Positions 27,351 to 36,922 of a stretch of 64,000 bases of DNA are shown here, in pieces; position 1 is the first letter of the stretch, and every line of letters begins with the position of its first letter. Location: IMG/VR virus record IMGVR_UViG_3300046660_000716, positions 1-64,000 of that record. One strand, written 5' to 3'. Position numbers and translations under genes: made by a program. The notes below the pieces were generated by a model, which worked only from the letters and a program-made list of their open reading frames with translations, had not been told where the DNA came from and ran no database searches.

Positions 27351-28055
27351 ATGATCCCTCTCTACTTCGCTACCCCTTTCCGCCACGCGGCCAACCCACA
27401 CCTCGTCGGCTTCAACACGATCGACCAGAAGACACGTATCTTCGCACCAATCCGCGGCGCCGTGGCTGAGCTGCCCGTGGACGTCGCGCGCAACGCCCTG
27501 GTGGAGGACTTTCTGGCAAAGACGCAGGGCGTGGACGACGCGTGGCTGCTCTTCATGGACGACGACGTGCTCTTCCCGACCGACGCGCTGGACCTGTGGC
27601 TGGAGGCGCTGCGCGCCAATCCGACGTCGCCTGTCTTCTTCGGTGAGTACCCGCTGAAGAAGCGCACTTTCGAGCCGGCGTGCGTGTTCGATGCCGCCGG
27701 CGGCATCGTGACCGTGGCCACGGGCTGCATGTTCGTGCACCGCAGCGTCTTCGTGCACCTGCGCACCGACCGCGCCACCGCCTTCGGCCTGCAGCCGTAC
27801 GACGGTCGCTGGTTCATCTGCTCGGCTGAGAACCCGCTGGGTGGAGAGGATGCGTACTTCACGAAGACCTTGCTGGACGTCGGCATCGTGCCGGTGAAGA
27901 TCCCGGGCCTGGAGTGCGTCCACGTGGAGTTCAGTCGTAAAGCTGCATTCGGCCATCCGGACGTCGTCAAGGACGGCAAGATCCGAAAAGAAAAAGCTTA
28001 CATCTACGCGATCGAGCCCGACGCGCCGCTCTACGAACACATCGTTGAGCAATAA
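27351..28055 (+). CDS. GT-A fold glycosyltransferase (family 2-like)
   Basis: ARNALV, WLLFMDDD (DxD), TGCMFVHRSVF, GEDAYF. Confidence 0.8.
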   Translation: MIPLYFATPFRHAANPHLVGFNTIDQKTRIFAPIRGAVAELPVDVARNALVEDFLAKTQGVDDAWLLFMDDDVLFPTDALDLWLEALRANPTSPVFFGEYPLKKRTFEPACVFDAAGGIVTVATGCMFVHRSVFVHLRTDRATAFGLQPYDGRWFICSAENPLGGEDAYFTKTLLDVGIVPVKIPGLECVHVEFSRKAAFGHPDVVKDGKIRKEKAYIYAIEPDAPLYEHIVEQ

Positions 28056-28067
28056 CCTGCAGCATAT

Positions 28068-28097
28068 GAGGTCCATGCCGTCCGCGGCATGGACCTC
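28068..28097. repeat. CCATGCC/GGCATGG hairpin family, copy 3
   Basis: GAGGTCCATGCCG-TCCG-CGGCATGGACCTC. Confidence 0.75.
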
Positions 28098-28153
28098 CTC
28101 TCACCGCCGAGCCTCCGCGGACCCCACGAACCAACGACGAACGGAAGAAGAAC

Positions 28154-30043
28154 ATGACGAATCCCGGCGTGACCGCGCGCACAAAAATGTCCCTACGCGC
28201 GGGCCTCGGCATCAAGCCGGTAGCGGCGCTGCCGCAGGTAGAGGACGGAGACGTCACCCTGTACAACGGCCGCATCTGGATCGGCCGCATCTCGTCCGGC
28301 CTCAAGGTGGCGGTCCCCGCCGGCCCCGAGACCCCGCAGTACCCCCACTTCCAGGCCGTCGCCTCGACGCTGTGGCAGATCAGTCACGGCCTGAACACCG
28401 CCGGGACGCCGACCATCGCCGTGCGCGATGGCGCCGGCAATCCGCTGACGCCGATGGCCGTCACCGTGGTGTCCGACAACCAGACGAACCTGACGTTCAG
28501 CGCGGCCCAGTCCGGCAGCGCCTTCCTGCTGTTCGGCAACTCCATCTCGACGGACTCGGTGCACACCAGCAAGGTGCTGGTCGGCAGCCGCGGCATCACC
28601 GACTCGGGCAGCGCCCTGCAGGTCGACGGCGTGGACGTCTCGCTCCTGGGCCACGCGCACGCCTTCTCGACCCTGACCGGCAAGCCGACGACTCTGGGCG
28701 GCTACGGCATCACCGACGCGCAGAGCCTGATCGTCGCCGGGAGCGCCGCGCAGTACTACCGCGGTGACAAGACGTTCCAGACGCTGGACAAGGCAGCGGT
28801 CGGCCTGGGTCTGGTGGAGAACACCGCGCTGTCGACGTGGGCCGGCTCGGCCAGCCTGGTAACGGCGGGCAACCTCACCGCCGCGGCGCTGACCGTCTCC
28901 GGCTCCACCGTCTTCACAGGTCCGGTGACATTCAACGGAACGACGACCACGGTCAACGCGACCACTGTGACGCTGGCGGATCCGGTGATGACCCTGGGTG
29001 GCACCGCTGCGCTCACCGTGGACGACGGCAAGGACCGCGGCATCGAGTACCGATGGTACAACGGCGCGGCCAAGACGGGCTTCTTCGGCTTCGACCGTTC
29101 GACCGGTCGCATGACCTTCATCCCGGACGCCGTGAATGCCGGCGAGGTGTTCTCCGGCGCGGTGGGCGTGGTTGAGGCGAACCTGCTGGGGAACGTGACG
29201 GGCGCCGTGACCGGCAACGCCGACACCGCCACGAAGCTCAGCTCGGTCCGCTCCCTGTCGATCACGGGCGACGCCGCCTGGACGACGAACTTCGACGGCT
29301 CGGCCAACGCGACGGGCGCGCTGACTCTGGCCAACACTGCCGTGGCCGCGGGCGCGTACGGCTCCGGCACCCAGATCCCGACCTTCACGGTCGACGGCAA
29401 GGGCCGGCTCGTGGCCGCGGGGTCTGTCGCCGTGACGCCTCCCGCCTTCGCAGCGGTGACGGGCAAGCCTACCACGCTGGGAGGCTACGGCATCACGGAC
29501 GGCGCGCTGCAGGCCGACCTTCTGGCCCACACGGGCGGCGCCGACCCGCACCCGCAGTACTACAACCAGGTCCGAGGCGACGCCCGGTACTCGCAGCTGC
29601 TGAACGTCGTCGGGAAGAACGCCGTCAATACGGCCAGCACGAGCACCACCCTCGCCAACGCGACGGGCCTCTCGATCCAGCTCGCTGCGAACACGCTCTA
29701 CCGCGTCAGCATGATGGTGCGATTCTCTTCGACGAATGCCGGTACTGGCGTCAAGCTCGGCGTGACCGCACCGGCGTCCGCGACGGTGGCCCTGGCGGCG
29801 ACCATCCCGCGCGCCGCCGACGGCACGGGCTCGGCGTTCTACGGGCAGATCACGTCCTCTGGCGACTCCGTCCTGAGCAACGGCGTGGAGGCGGCCAACA
29901 CGACGTACATGGCGACCATCCTCGGTACCGTCCAGACGGGCGCCACCGCCGGTCCGCTCCAGGTGCAGCTCGCCACAGAGGTCAACAGCGTCTCGGTCTC
30001 CGTGGTGGCCGGCTCGGTCATCGTGGCCGACATCATTCCATAA
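28154..30043 (+). CDS. tail fibre protein
   Basis: two TGKPTTLGGYGITD repeats, ADTATKL...FDGS, VDGKGRL, DPHPQY fibre motifs. Confidence 0.85.
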   Translation: MTNPGVTARTKMSLRAGLGIKPVAALPQVEDGDVTLYNGRIWIGRISSGLKVAVPAGPETPQYPHFQAVASTLWQISHGLNTAGTPTIAVRDGAGNPLTPMAVTVVSDNQTNLTFSAAQSGSAFLLFGNSISTDSVHTSKVLVGSRGITDSGSALQVDGVDVSLLGHAHAFSTLTGKPTTLGGYGITDAQSLIVAGSAAQYYRGDKTFQTLDKAAVGLGLVENTALSTWAGSASLVTAGNLTAAALTVSGSTVFTGPVTFNGTTTTVNATTVTLADPVMTLGGTAALTVDDGKDRGIEYRWYNGAAKTGFFGFDRSTGRMTFIPDAVNAGEVFSGAVGVVEANLLGNVTGAVTGNADTATKLSSVRSLSITGDAAWTTNFDGSANATGALTLANTAVAAGAYGSGTQIPTFTVDGKGRLVAAGSVAVTPPAFAAVTGKPTTLGGYGITDGALQADLLAHTGGADPHPQYYNQVRGDARYSQLLNVVGKNAVNTASTSTTLANATGLSIQLAANTLYRVSMMVRFSSTNAGTGVKLGVTAPASATVALAATIPRAADGTGSAFYGQITSSGDSVLSNGVEAANTTYMATILGTVQTGATAGPLQVQLATEVNSVSVSVVAGSVIVADIIP

Positions 30044-30055
30044 GGAAACAACACT

Positions 30056-30472
30056 ATGACCATCCAGAAAAGTGTCATCGACGACCTCATTGCTTCCATC
30101 GAATCGGCGGCCGACGACGCCCGGGTCCGGATCGTAGGGGACCCCGTGCGGGTCGTCGAGTACCAGTCGGCCGAGCTCGACGCCAAGGCGTACGTGGCGG
30201 CCAACTACGAGGGCGACGTGCCGGTGTACATCCAGTGCTGGGCCGACGCGAAGCACTGGACCCCGAGGGAGGCGTGCGACGACATCCTGGGCGCCGCGAC
30301 GGCCTGGCGCGCCGCGCTGATCAACATCCGCGTGGCTCGGCTGCATGGCAAGCAGGGCGTCCGCGACGCCGCCCTCATCGAGGACGACGAGGTCGCCTTC
30401 CAGACGGCGCGCGCCGCCACCGACACCGCCATCGCGCAGCTCAAGTACATCCTGTCCCTCACAATCGCATAG
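30056..30472 (+). CDS. putative tail fibre assembly protein
   Basis: small helical ORF directly after the fibre gene. Confidence 0.55.
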   Translation: MTIQKSVIDDLIASIESAADDARVRIVGDPVRVVEYQSAELDAKAYVAANYEGDVPVYIQCWADAKHWTPREACDDILGAATAWRAALINIRVARLHGKQGVRDAALIEDDEVAFQTARAATDTAIAQLKYILSLTIA

Positions 30473-30481
30473 GAGAACCAC

Positions 30482-30961
30482 ATGAAGGTCGCATTCTACA
30501 AGGACAACTCGCACGTCTTCAACGCCCTGGTGTCCTGGTGGACGCGCGGCCCGTACTCCCACTGCGAGCTGATCATCGGCTACACCGGCGACGGTAAGGC
30601 CATCTGCTACTCTTCGTCCTTCCGCGACGGCGGCGTCCGCCTGAAGATCGTCGACCTGATCCCTGAGCACTGGGACATCGTCGACATCGGCGGCACCGAG
30701 AGCGACGCCATCGCGGCGGTGGCGTGGTTCGCCGAGCGCGTCGGCGCGAAGTACGACGTGATGGGCCTGGTGGGATGTGTCTTCCGCTCCGTGGCCGACG
30801 ACCGCGACAAGTACTACTGCTCGGAGGCCGTCGCCGCAGCGGTCGGCTTCCCCGAGTCGTGGCGCATGGACCCGAACACGCTCTACTCGGTCTTCACGCG
30901 CGCCGCGTCTTTGCCGGAAAAGGTTGGGGCCCAACAGCCAGTTGTCGTCCAACCAACCTGA
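30482..30961 (+). CDS. permuted papain-like (NlpC/P60, YiiX/YaeF-type) protein
   Basis: YSHCEL (His) precedes KYD...YYCSE (Cys). Confidence 0.75.
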   Translation: MKVAFYKDNSHVFNALVSWWTRGPYSHCELIIGYTGDGKAICYSSSFRDGGVRLKIVDLIPEHWDIVDIGGTESDAIAAVAWFAERVGAKYDVMGLVGCVFRSVADDRDKYYCSEAVAAAVGFPESWRMDPNTLYSVFTRAASLPEKVGAQQPVVVQPT

Positions 30962-30969
30962 GAGATACC

Positions 30970-31323
30970 ATGTCCGATCAAACAAACCAGCAGCAAGCCC
31001 CCGACGTCCAAGTCAACGTGCCCCTGTTCGTGTCCGAGGTGAACTTCATCACCGACGCGCTGAACAAGCTGCCGCACCCGCTGTCGCTGAAGCTGCAGCA
31101 GCTGGCCATGGCCGACCTGAACGCGCAGGGCATGGCCCGCCAGCAGCTGCTGCAACAGCAGGCCGCAGCGGCCCAGGCTGCGATCGATGCGGCCGAAGCC
31201 CTGAAGGACCAGTCGTCCGCGACCGCCGAGATCGCCGCCAACGGCGCTGCAGTGGTCGCCGCGACCGCCGAGGCGCTGGCAGTGGCCGAAGCCGTTCCGG
31301 TGCCAGAAGCGCCGGCTCAGTAA
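30970..31323 (+). CDS. hypothetical Gln/Ala-rich protein
   Basis: 117 aa from MSDQTN. Confidence 0.65.
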   Translation: MSDQTNQQQAPDVQVNVPLFVSEVNFITDALNKLPHPLSLKLQQLAMADLNAQGMARQQLLQQQAAAAQAAIDAAEALKDQSSATAEIAANGAAVVAATAEALAVAEAVPVPEAPAQ

Positions 31324-31332
31324 AAAAAAAAT

Positions 31333-31366
31333 GAAGGATCCCATGCCCTCTCGGGCATGGGCCTTC
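31333..31366. terminator. CCATGCC/GGCATGG hairpin family, copy 4; terminator for minus-strand genes
   Basis: A10 run then CCCATGCCC-TCTC-GGGCATGGG between convergent genes. Confidence 0.75.
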
Positions 31367-31373
31367 TCACTGC

Positions 31374-32123
31374 TTACTCGGCTGGGACCGCTTCGCTCCC
31401 GAAGAGGATGCGGTTCCGCTCGTTCTCCAGACGCGCCCTGTGCGTGGTGTCGCAGGGCTTAGCCAACTGGATCTCGATCCGCGCAAGGCGGGCGATGCCG
31501 TTCACCGAATTGATGATCCAGGCCGTCTCATCCGCCGTGGCGGCCTCGAAACCGCCAACCAGCTCGGAGTTGGCATCGATCACCATCTGACCATTGTTCG
31601 CCAGTGGCAACGCGAACGGGGCCACTCGGCCCTGGAAGATGTTGCGCAACGGTCGACGAAGCTGCGACATGATCTCCTCGTTGCGATCGAGGAGGAACTG
31701 CATCACCTCCGCATGGCCCTCGCCCATGCCTTCCACGATGGCGGATGCGTTGGCGCGGATCCACTGCTCGCGGAACACCTTCAGTTGCTCGGGCGTCCCG
31801 GTCCACTCCTCGTCGCCGCCGTCACCGACGATGATATCCGCCTCCCTGATCGTTGCCAGCGCGGTCAGCGCTGCCAGGTACTCGCGGTAGGCGGCAACGC
31901 GCTCCAGCGGAACATCGAGGCGCTCGAGGAGCACCCTGGCTGCTTTGACGCGCGTTTCGTGGTTGGACGTGACATGGTGCAGGGCGCGCGTCATGTCCTG
32001 GATGGTCGTCTCCTGGTCCCGGCCGATCTTTCGGCGCGTCTCCATGACGCCGAGAAGTTCGCCCACCTGCGCTCTCAGGCGCTCATTGTCGGCGCGCAGT
32101 GCCGCTTCTTCGACCGGGGTCAC
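31374..32123 (-). CDS. hypothetical protein
   Basis: 249 aa, coupled to the upstream gene. Confidence 0.65.
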   Translation of the reverse strand: MTPVEEAALRADNERLRAQVGELLGVMETRRKIGRDQETTIQDMTRALHHVTSNHETRVKAARVLLERLDVPLERVAAYREYLAALTALATIREADIIVGDGGDEEWTGTPEQLKVFREQWIRANASAIVEGMGEGHAEVMQFLLDRNEEIMSQLRRPLRNIFQGRVAPFALPLANNGQMVIDANSELVGGFEAATADETAWIINSVNGIARLARIEIQLAKPCDTTHRARLENERNRILFGSEAVPAE

Positions 32124-32803
32124 TTATCGACCTCGGCCATTGCGCCCACGTTCGGCACCAGCTTCGGCAGCGGCGGCAGCTCCGGCTCCGAACCGATCGC
32201 TTCCAGATTCTCCTGGAGCTGCTCGATCCAGCCGTTGGCCATGGTCACTTCGGCCACGCGCAGGCGCAGCTGCTCGTCGCGGCGGTCGAAGTCCTTCCGC
32301 GCGGCTTCCAGGTACTGCGCCTTCAGCTCGGGGCCGGTGATCTCGAACTTGGCCTTCTCGATCATCTCGTCGTACTGCTCGGCCTCGCCCAGTGGGCAGT
32401 CGACGTCCATGCACTCAGCCAGGTGAGCAAGTATGAAGTCCTTCAGCGCCTGGTGGTTCTGGCTCGGCGGCGTCCAGTCTTCGACACGCGCGACCATGGC
32501 CTCGTAGCGAGCGCGCACGGCCGCCTTGTACGCCTTGGCGTCCGTGTAGTACCGGATGTACTCGGCGCCGTTGGTCGCGGCCTTCTCGGCCCACGTCGCG
32601 TCGTCGAAGGCCAGAGCGCGGTCCAGGCGGTCCTTCGCCTCCTCGCGCTCGGTGTAGAAGTGCGGCGGGACGGAGATCGATGCCAGAGGAGCGTCGATGT
32701 TGTCGGCGCCCCCCTTGTAGAAGGCGTGTGCGAAGCGTGTCACCATTGCGGCGAGCGTGGTGCCTTGGTCGGACAGGATGTGGTGGGTGAAGTTGGACGG
32801 CAT
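32120..32803 (-). CDS. hypothetical helical protein
   Basis: ATG at 32803 with GAGGAG RBS. Confidence 0.7.
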   Translation of the reverse strand: MPSNFTHHILSDQGTTLAAMVTRFAHAFYKGGADNIDAPLASISVPPHFYTEREEAKDRLDRALAFDDATWAEKAATNGAEYIRYYTDAKAYKAAVRARYEAMVARVEDWTPPSQNHQALKDFILAHLAECMDVDCPLGEAEQYDEMIEKAKFEITGPELKAQYLEAARKDFDRRDEQLRLRVAEVTMANGWIEQLQENLEAIGSEPELPPLPKLVPNVGAMAEVDK

Positions 32804-32861
32804 GGTGTTGCTCCTCTCTTTTGGGTTCCCCTGCACCAGGGCAGTGCAGGGGCGTTGCGAT

Positions 32862-33179
32862 TCATTGGACCACGGTAGGGGTCCAGCGCGGGGGACTAGG
32901 GGGCTGTGGCGGGTCAGGCTGCCCCGCAGGCGCCACCTCTGGCGCGTAGCCGTTCGCGCGGTTGATTTCGTCGATCGCCACGTAGGCTTCGACGGCCTGA
33001 GCGGCCATCATCTGCGGGCCGGAGGGGGTCATGACCGTCACCAGCTGGGGCGCGGTCATCTTTGCGATCGCCTCCAGCGCCTGGCAGGCGCGCCCGATGG
33101 CGAACTGCAGCCGTCGCAGCTCGTCCATGGGAGTCAGGACGCTCAGCGACGGCGGAAGGACGTACTGCTCGTTGCTCAT
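32862..33179 (-). CDS. hypothetical protein
   Basis: 105 aa, ATGA overlap. Confidence 0.65.
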   Translation of the reverse strand: MSNEQYVLPPSLSVLTPMDELRRLQFAIGRACQALEAIAKMTAPQLVTVMTPSGPQMMAAQAVEAYVAIDEINRANGYAPEVAPAGQPDPPQPPSPPRWTPTVVQ

Positions 33180-33790
33180 GCTGCATCCTCCTTTTCGTTC
33201 TCATCTTCTTCATCGGTTTTGGTCGATGGCTCTTTCCCGATCTTCTTAGGGTCAGGCCACGCGGCCTTCGGAGGCTCCCACTTCGGAGTGCGCACCCACA
33301 CGAGAGGATCGCTGTCGTGCACGGGCGGAGCGCCGAAGATCAGCGCCACCGTGGCGTCGCGTGCGGGAACGGTTGTGTCCGTTCTGATCGAGTACCGCGC
33401 ATCGTAGTCCATCGTGTGTATGGTGGACCCCGGCACGGTAGGCCGCGCCTGATTGGTGGGCGATACAGCGGTGGGCTCCACCAGAGGCGGCGCCGAGTCC
33501 AGCAGCTCCCGGAACGATGCGATGGCGCGCTGGTTCTCCACATTGAGACAGTAGATCGCTCGGCCAGGGTACTTCCCGTTGGCGCCATCGTGGCGCAGGA
33601 CCACCATCACCCCGGCATCCACCATATCCACGAGATACTTGCGAACGCCGGAGGGGGTGAATCCAAGGATCATGGCAGCGTCTACGGCATCCATTTCCCC
33701 CTCGCTCAGCCGCTCCAAGAGCTTGCGCATGTTCTCGTGGCGACGACGGGTTGCAATCGTCGTTCTCTCCCTTGTGACTACGTCGTTCAT
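33176..33790 (-). CDS. winged helix-turn-helix protein
   Basis: LLERLSEGEMDAVDAAMILGFTPSGVRKYLVDMVDAGVM pattern. Confidence 0.65.
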   Translation of the reverse strand: MNDVVTRERTTIATRRRHENMRKLLERLSEGEMDAVDAAMILGFTPSGVRKYLVDMVDAGVMVVLRHDGANGKYPGRAIYCLNVENQRAIASFRELLDSAPPLVEPTAVSPTNQARPTVPGSTIHTMDYDARYSIRTDTTVPARDATVALIFGAPPVHDSDPLVWVRTPKWEPPKAAWPDPKKIGKEPSTKTDEEDENEKEDAA

Positions 33791-33800
33791 ACTAGCCCTT

Positions 33801-34157
33801 CTAGATCTTGAGAATGTTGCTGTCGGCAAGCTCGCTCAGGGACTTAGACACGCGCCCGATGGCCGCATGCAGCTCCTTGGCGATGGCGATTGCGTGGAAG
33901 GCCTCGTCCCGCGTGTCGCAGATGTAAACCAGGCCGGCCTTCGCCACCCACCTCTCCGCCTTGGTCGCCTTGAACGGCGATCCCTCGCCATCGACTGGGA
34001 ACTGGCTGTCGATCTCGAAGTACACGCGGCTCTGCGCCTCCTTGGTCACGAGGCGAGGCACCCAGTCGCAGAGGCTGCCCGTGACGCGGGGTGCTGGAAG
34101 CACCCACTTGTCCTTGAGCTTCATGCCGGTGCCCATCTTGTATTTCACTACTGCCAT
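33801..34157 (-). CDS. hypothetical protein
   Basis: 118 aa, AAGGAG RBS. Confidence 0.7.
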   Translation of the reverse strand: MAVVKYKMGTGMKLKDKWVLPAPRVTGSLCDWVPRLVTKEAQSRVYFEIDSQFPVDGEGSPFKATKAERWVAKAGLVYICDTRDEAFHAIAIAKELHAAIGRVSKSLSELADSNILKI

Positions 34158-34167
34158 GTGGTTCTCC

Positions 34168-35520
34168 TTATACGGCTTGGATGGCGTTCTGCTCGAAGCG
34201 CGTCAGCGCCGTGTACTCCCAGCGGCGGCGCATCTCAGCAGTCTTGCCGAGCGGCTCGCTCAGCACGATGCCGCTGTAGTACTGCGAGCCCTGCACCTTG
34301 TGGCACGTCAGCGCATTGGCGTAGTCCATGTGCAGGCACTTCTTGCGCGCCCAGCCCGGGGCCTCGTACAACGCGTCCTGGTTGCCGGGGTCCTGGAAGT
34401 ACGGCACCAGCACCGGGGCGATGATGCGGCGGCCGTCCTCGAGGTCGACCTCGATCTTGAAGGACTGAGCGCGCTCGTTGTAATCGTAGTAGTTGCCGGC
34501 GACCACTCCCAGCATACCGTTGACGACGTCGTACTCCTTGTTATTCTTCAGGAACACGACCTTGTCGCCCGGCACCGGGTACGGGTCGTCGCGGCCGAGG
34601 AAGTCCCGGACGTTGGCGTTCACGATGTGGCGCGTGGCGTTCTTGCCGACCACGATCTGCTCGGCGCGGGCCATGTGCTCGATCTTCAGCTGGGACCGGG
34701 GAACGCGGATCAACGTGGAGCCGCCGTCGCCCACCATCTTGCCCATGAAGGACAGCTCGTCGGTGCGGTTCTCGCGCAGGGCGCGGGAGTAGCGAATGAT
34801 CGGGCTGCCCTCGGCCTGCCGGTGGATCTCCGTAAGCTGGTGATCGACCGGGAGCGGGTTGTTCTGCCCGTCGAAGAAGACCGAGTCTCCCTCGTCGCCG
34901 TCCGTGACCGGGCCGAGCTGGAACTGGTCGCCGAGGTACAGGACCGGGACGCCGTAGCTCTCCAGGTCCTTGGCCAGGTTGCCGCCGACCATGCCGGCCT
35001 CGTCGCAGACGACCAGCTTCATGCTGGCAATCGCGCCGTTCGGATTGAGGATGAACTGCGCGTCGTCGTTGGCCTGCTCCTGCAGCGTGCGGATGCTCTC
35101 CACCAGCATCTCGATCTGGAGGTTGACCTGGTCGCGCTGCTCCAGCGGGATCGCCGACAGCGTGCCGCGCATCTTCAGCAGGGCGCTGCGCATCTCCTTG
35201 ATCTGCTCGTCCACGCCGTCCACCGGGATGTAGATGCTGGAGTGGATCGTCTTGGAGTAGATGAGTCCCTTGTTGCGCATCACCATGACGCACTTGCCGG
35301 TGAAGCCGACGGAGGCGACCTCGGAGCCATTCGGGTCCAGGCCGACGGCCTCCAGGGCGAAGAGCATCAGTGCGGACTTGCCGGAGCCCGCTGGTCCCGC
35401 CATCTTGAAGGTGAGCTTGTCAAACCCGAACTGGCGGCCGTGCTTGTACCATTTTACGAACTTGTCAATACCCCATAGCTGCTCTTCGGTGAGGTCGCTA
35501 CTACTAAGCGCTGTTGCCAT
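34168..35520 (-). CDS. RecD/Dda-like SF1B DNA helicase
   Basis: GPAGSGKS, DEAGMV, LGDQFQLGPV, LTEIHRQ, YANALTCHKVQGSQY, YTALTR. Confidence 0.9.
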   Translation of the reverse strand: MATALSSSDLTEEQLWGIDKFVKWYKHGRQFGFDKLTFKMAGPAGSGKSALMLFALEAVGLDPNGSEVASVGFTGKCVMVMRNKGLIYSKTIHSSIYIPVDGVDEQIKEMRSALLKMRGTLSAIPLEQRDQVNLQIEMLVESIRTLQEQANDDAQFILNPNGAIASMKLVVCDEAGMVGGNLAKDLESYGVPVLYLGDQFQLGPVTDGDEGDSVFFDGQNNPLPVDHQLTEIHRQAEGSPIIRYSRALRENRTDELSFMGKMVGDGGSTLIRVPRSQLKIEHMARAEQIVVGKNATRHIVNANVRDFLGRDDPYPVPGDKVVFLKNNKEYDVVNGMLGVVAGNYYDYNERAQSFKIEVDLEDGRRIIAPVLVPYFQDPGNQDALYEAPGWARKKCLHMDYANALTCHKVQGSQYYSGIVLSEPLGKTAEMRRRWEYTALTRFEQNAIQAV

Positions 35521-35677
35521 TTGTTGCTCCTGTGTGTCTGACACGCCCATGTTAAGCGGGCGACTGGTCGCTCTGGCGGTGGACGGGATGTCCCCCCTAA
35601 AGGGGGACTCCTCCCACCCCGGCGAGCCGCAAAAGACTAGTTGCCAACAGTTCGATGACAAAACACAAGAGGACACC

Positions 35678-36622
35678 ATGGCAAACTCACATCAGGGCCA
35701 GGTTCGGAATCTCAGCTTCGCCGGACTGATGCGGGGCAGGGTGGTGAAGAACGACGACGCGATGATGGACGGTCGCCTCGGGGTGTTCATCGCCTCCCTC
35801 ATCACCGAGGTGCCGAACACGCTCGAGGCCCCCACGCCGCAGACGCTGGTCATCCCGCCCGGCCTCTTCGCCAACGGGAAGGAGCTGAAGCTGCCGAGCC
35901 ACGTCAAGGGCGACAACTTCATCTGGGCCAGGCCGACCGCGTGGCTGGTCGAGAACGGCTCCAAGTCGAAGAACGCGGGCGGCTCCCACCGCATCCCGAA
36001 GGTCGGCACCATGGTGACGGTCTACTTCGAGAACGAGGACCCGAACAACTGCAGGTGGCTGCCGTTCAGCCCGACCATCAACGGCGACGCGATCGCCGGG
36101 TCGAACCTCGGCAAGGGCGTCAACCTCCAGGAGACGCTGGCGAACTGGCACGACCCGAAGAAGCGCACGGACATCCACGTGATCGCCGAGTACGACAGCG
36201 GCAACATCATCGCCGTCGACAACAACGACAACTCCAACAGCTTCGTCATCCGATGGGCCAACGGCCACACGCTGTCGATCGGCCACGCGGCCGAGTCCGG
36301 CATCGTGCTGCAGACCGGCAAGGGCCACCTCGTGCAGCTGGACGAGAACTCGGGCGAGATCCGCATCAGCACGCAGACGGGCAAGTCCCGCGCCGTGCTG
36401 AACGACAACGGCAACGTGTCCATCACCAACGAGGGAGACCTCACCACCGCGACCAAGGGCAACGTGTCGGTCTCGGCCCAGGGCAACGCGTCCGTGAGCG
36501 CCGGGGGAACGGTCTCCGTCAAGGCGGGCGGCGCGGCCACAGTGGAGGGATCGGACGTCACGGTCAAGGGCAAGAGCAGCGTCACGATCAAGGCGCCGTC
36601 TGTGAAAATTGTGGGAGGCTGA
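35678..36622 (+). CDS. baseplate central spike (gp5/gpV/VgrG-like)
   Basis: OB-fold-like GRVVKNDD..DGRL, WARP, IPKVGTMVTVYFENEDP; C-terminal 8-residue beta-helix repeats. Confidence 0.85.
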   Translation: MANSHQGQVRNLSFAGLMRGRVVKNDDAMMDGRLGVFIASLITEVPNTLEAPTPQTLVIPPGLFANGKELKLPSHVKGDNFIWARPTAWLVENGSKSKNAGGSHRIPKVGTMVTVYFENEDPNNCRWLPFSPTINGDAIAGSNLGKGVNLQETLANWHDPKKRTDIHVIAEYDSGNIIAVDNNDNSNSFVIRWANGHTLSIGHAAESGIVLQTGKGHLVQLDENSGEIRISTQTGKSRAVLNDNGNVSITNEGDLTTATKGNVSVSAQGNASVSAGGTVSVKAGGAATVEGSDVTVKGKSSVTIKAPSVKIVGG

Positions 36623-36623
36623 C

Positions 36624-36914
36624 ATGGGCAGCAAAGTAGCGTGCGTGGGCGACATCGGGGCGGGTGTCTGTCCGGTCAGGGGTCCGTACGTCGTCATCCT
36701 GGCGACGGGCGACTCAACCTTCGAGATCGACGGCAGGCAGGCGTGCCACGTCGGCTCCATCGGCGCGGCGTCCTGCGGCCACCCAACCGTGGCGCTCACC
36801 GGCGGTATGGCGACCATCAACGACAGCCAGCTGCACCGCATCGGCGACGTCGGGGTGTGCTCGGCCGGCGGACCCTACGTGGTGACCACGGGGTCCATAC
36901 TGGAAAGCGACTAG
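36624..36914 (+). CDS. PAAR-like spike tip protein
   Basis: VACVGD, ACHVGS..SCGH, LHRIGD repeats directly after the spike gene. Confidence 0.85.
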   Translation: MGSKVACVGDIGAGVCPVRGPYVVILATGDSTFEIDGRQACHVGSIGAASCGHPTVALTGGMATINDSQLHRIGDVGVCSAGGPYVVTTGSILESD

Positions 36915-36922
36915 GAGCGGCA

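Noticed and set aside
28193-30985. 930-aa minus-strand ORF and similar long antisense ORFs (7557..9518, 40745..42634, 61982..63889)
   Set aside because: Shadow frames of high-GC genes on the opposite strand; no motifs, and the real genes have clear family signatures
35560-35645. Hairpin GTCCCCCC-TAAA-GGGGGAC in the divergent helicase/spike gap as a possible origin or ncRNA
   Set aside because: A short stem in GC-rich DNA, with no iterons or AT-rich unwinding element
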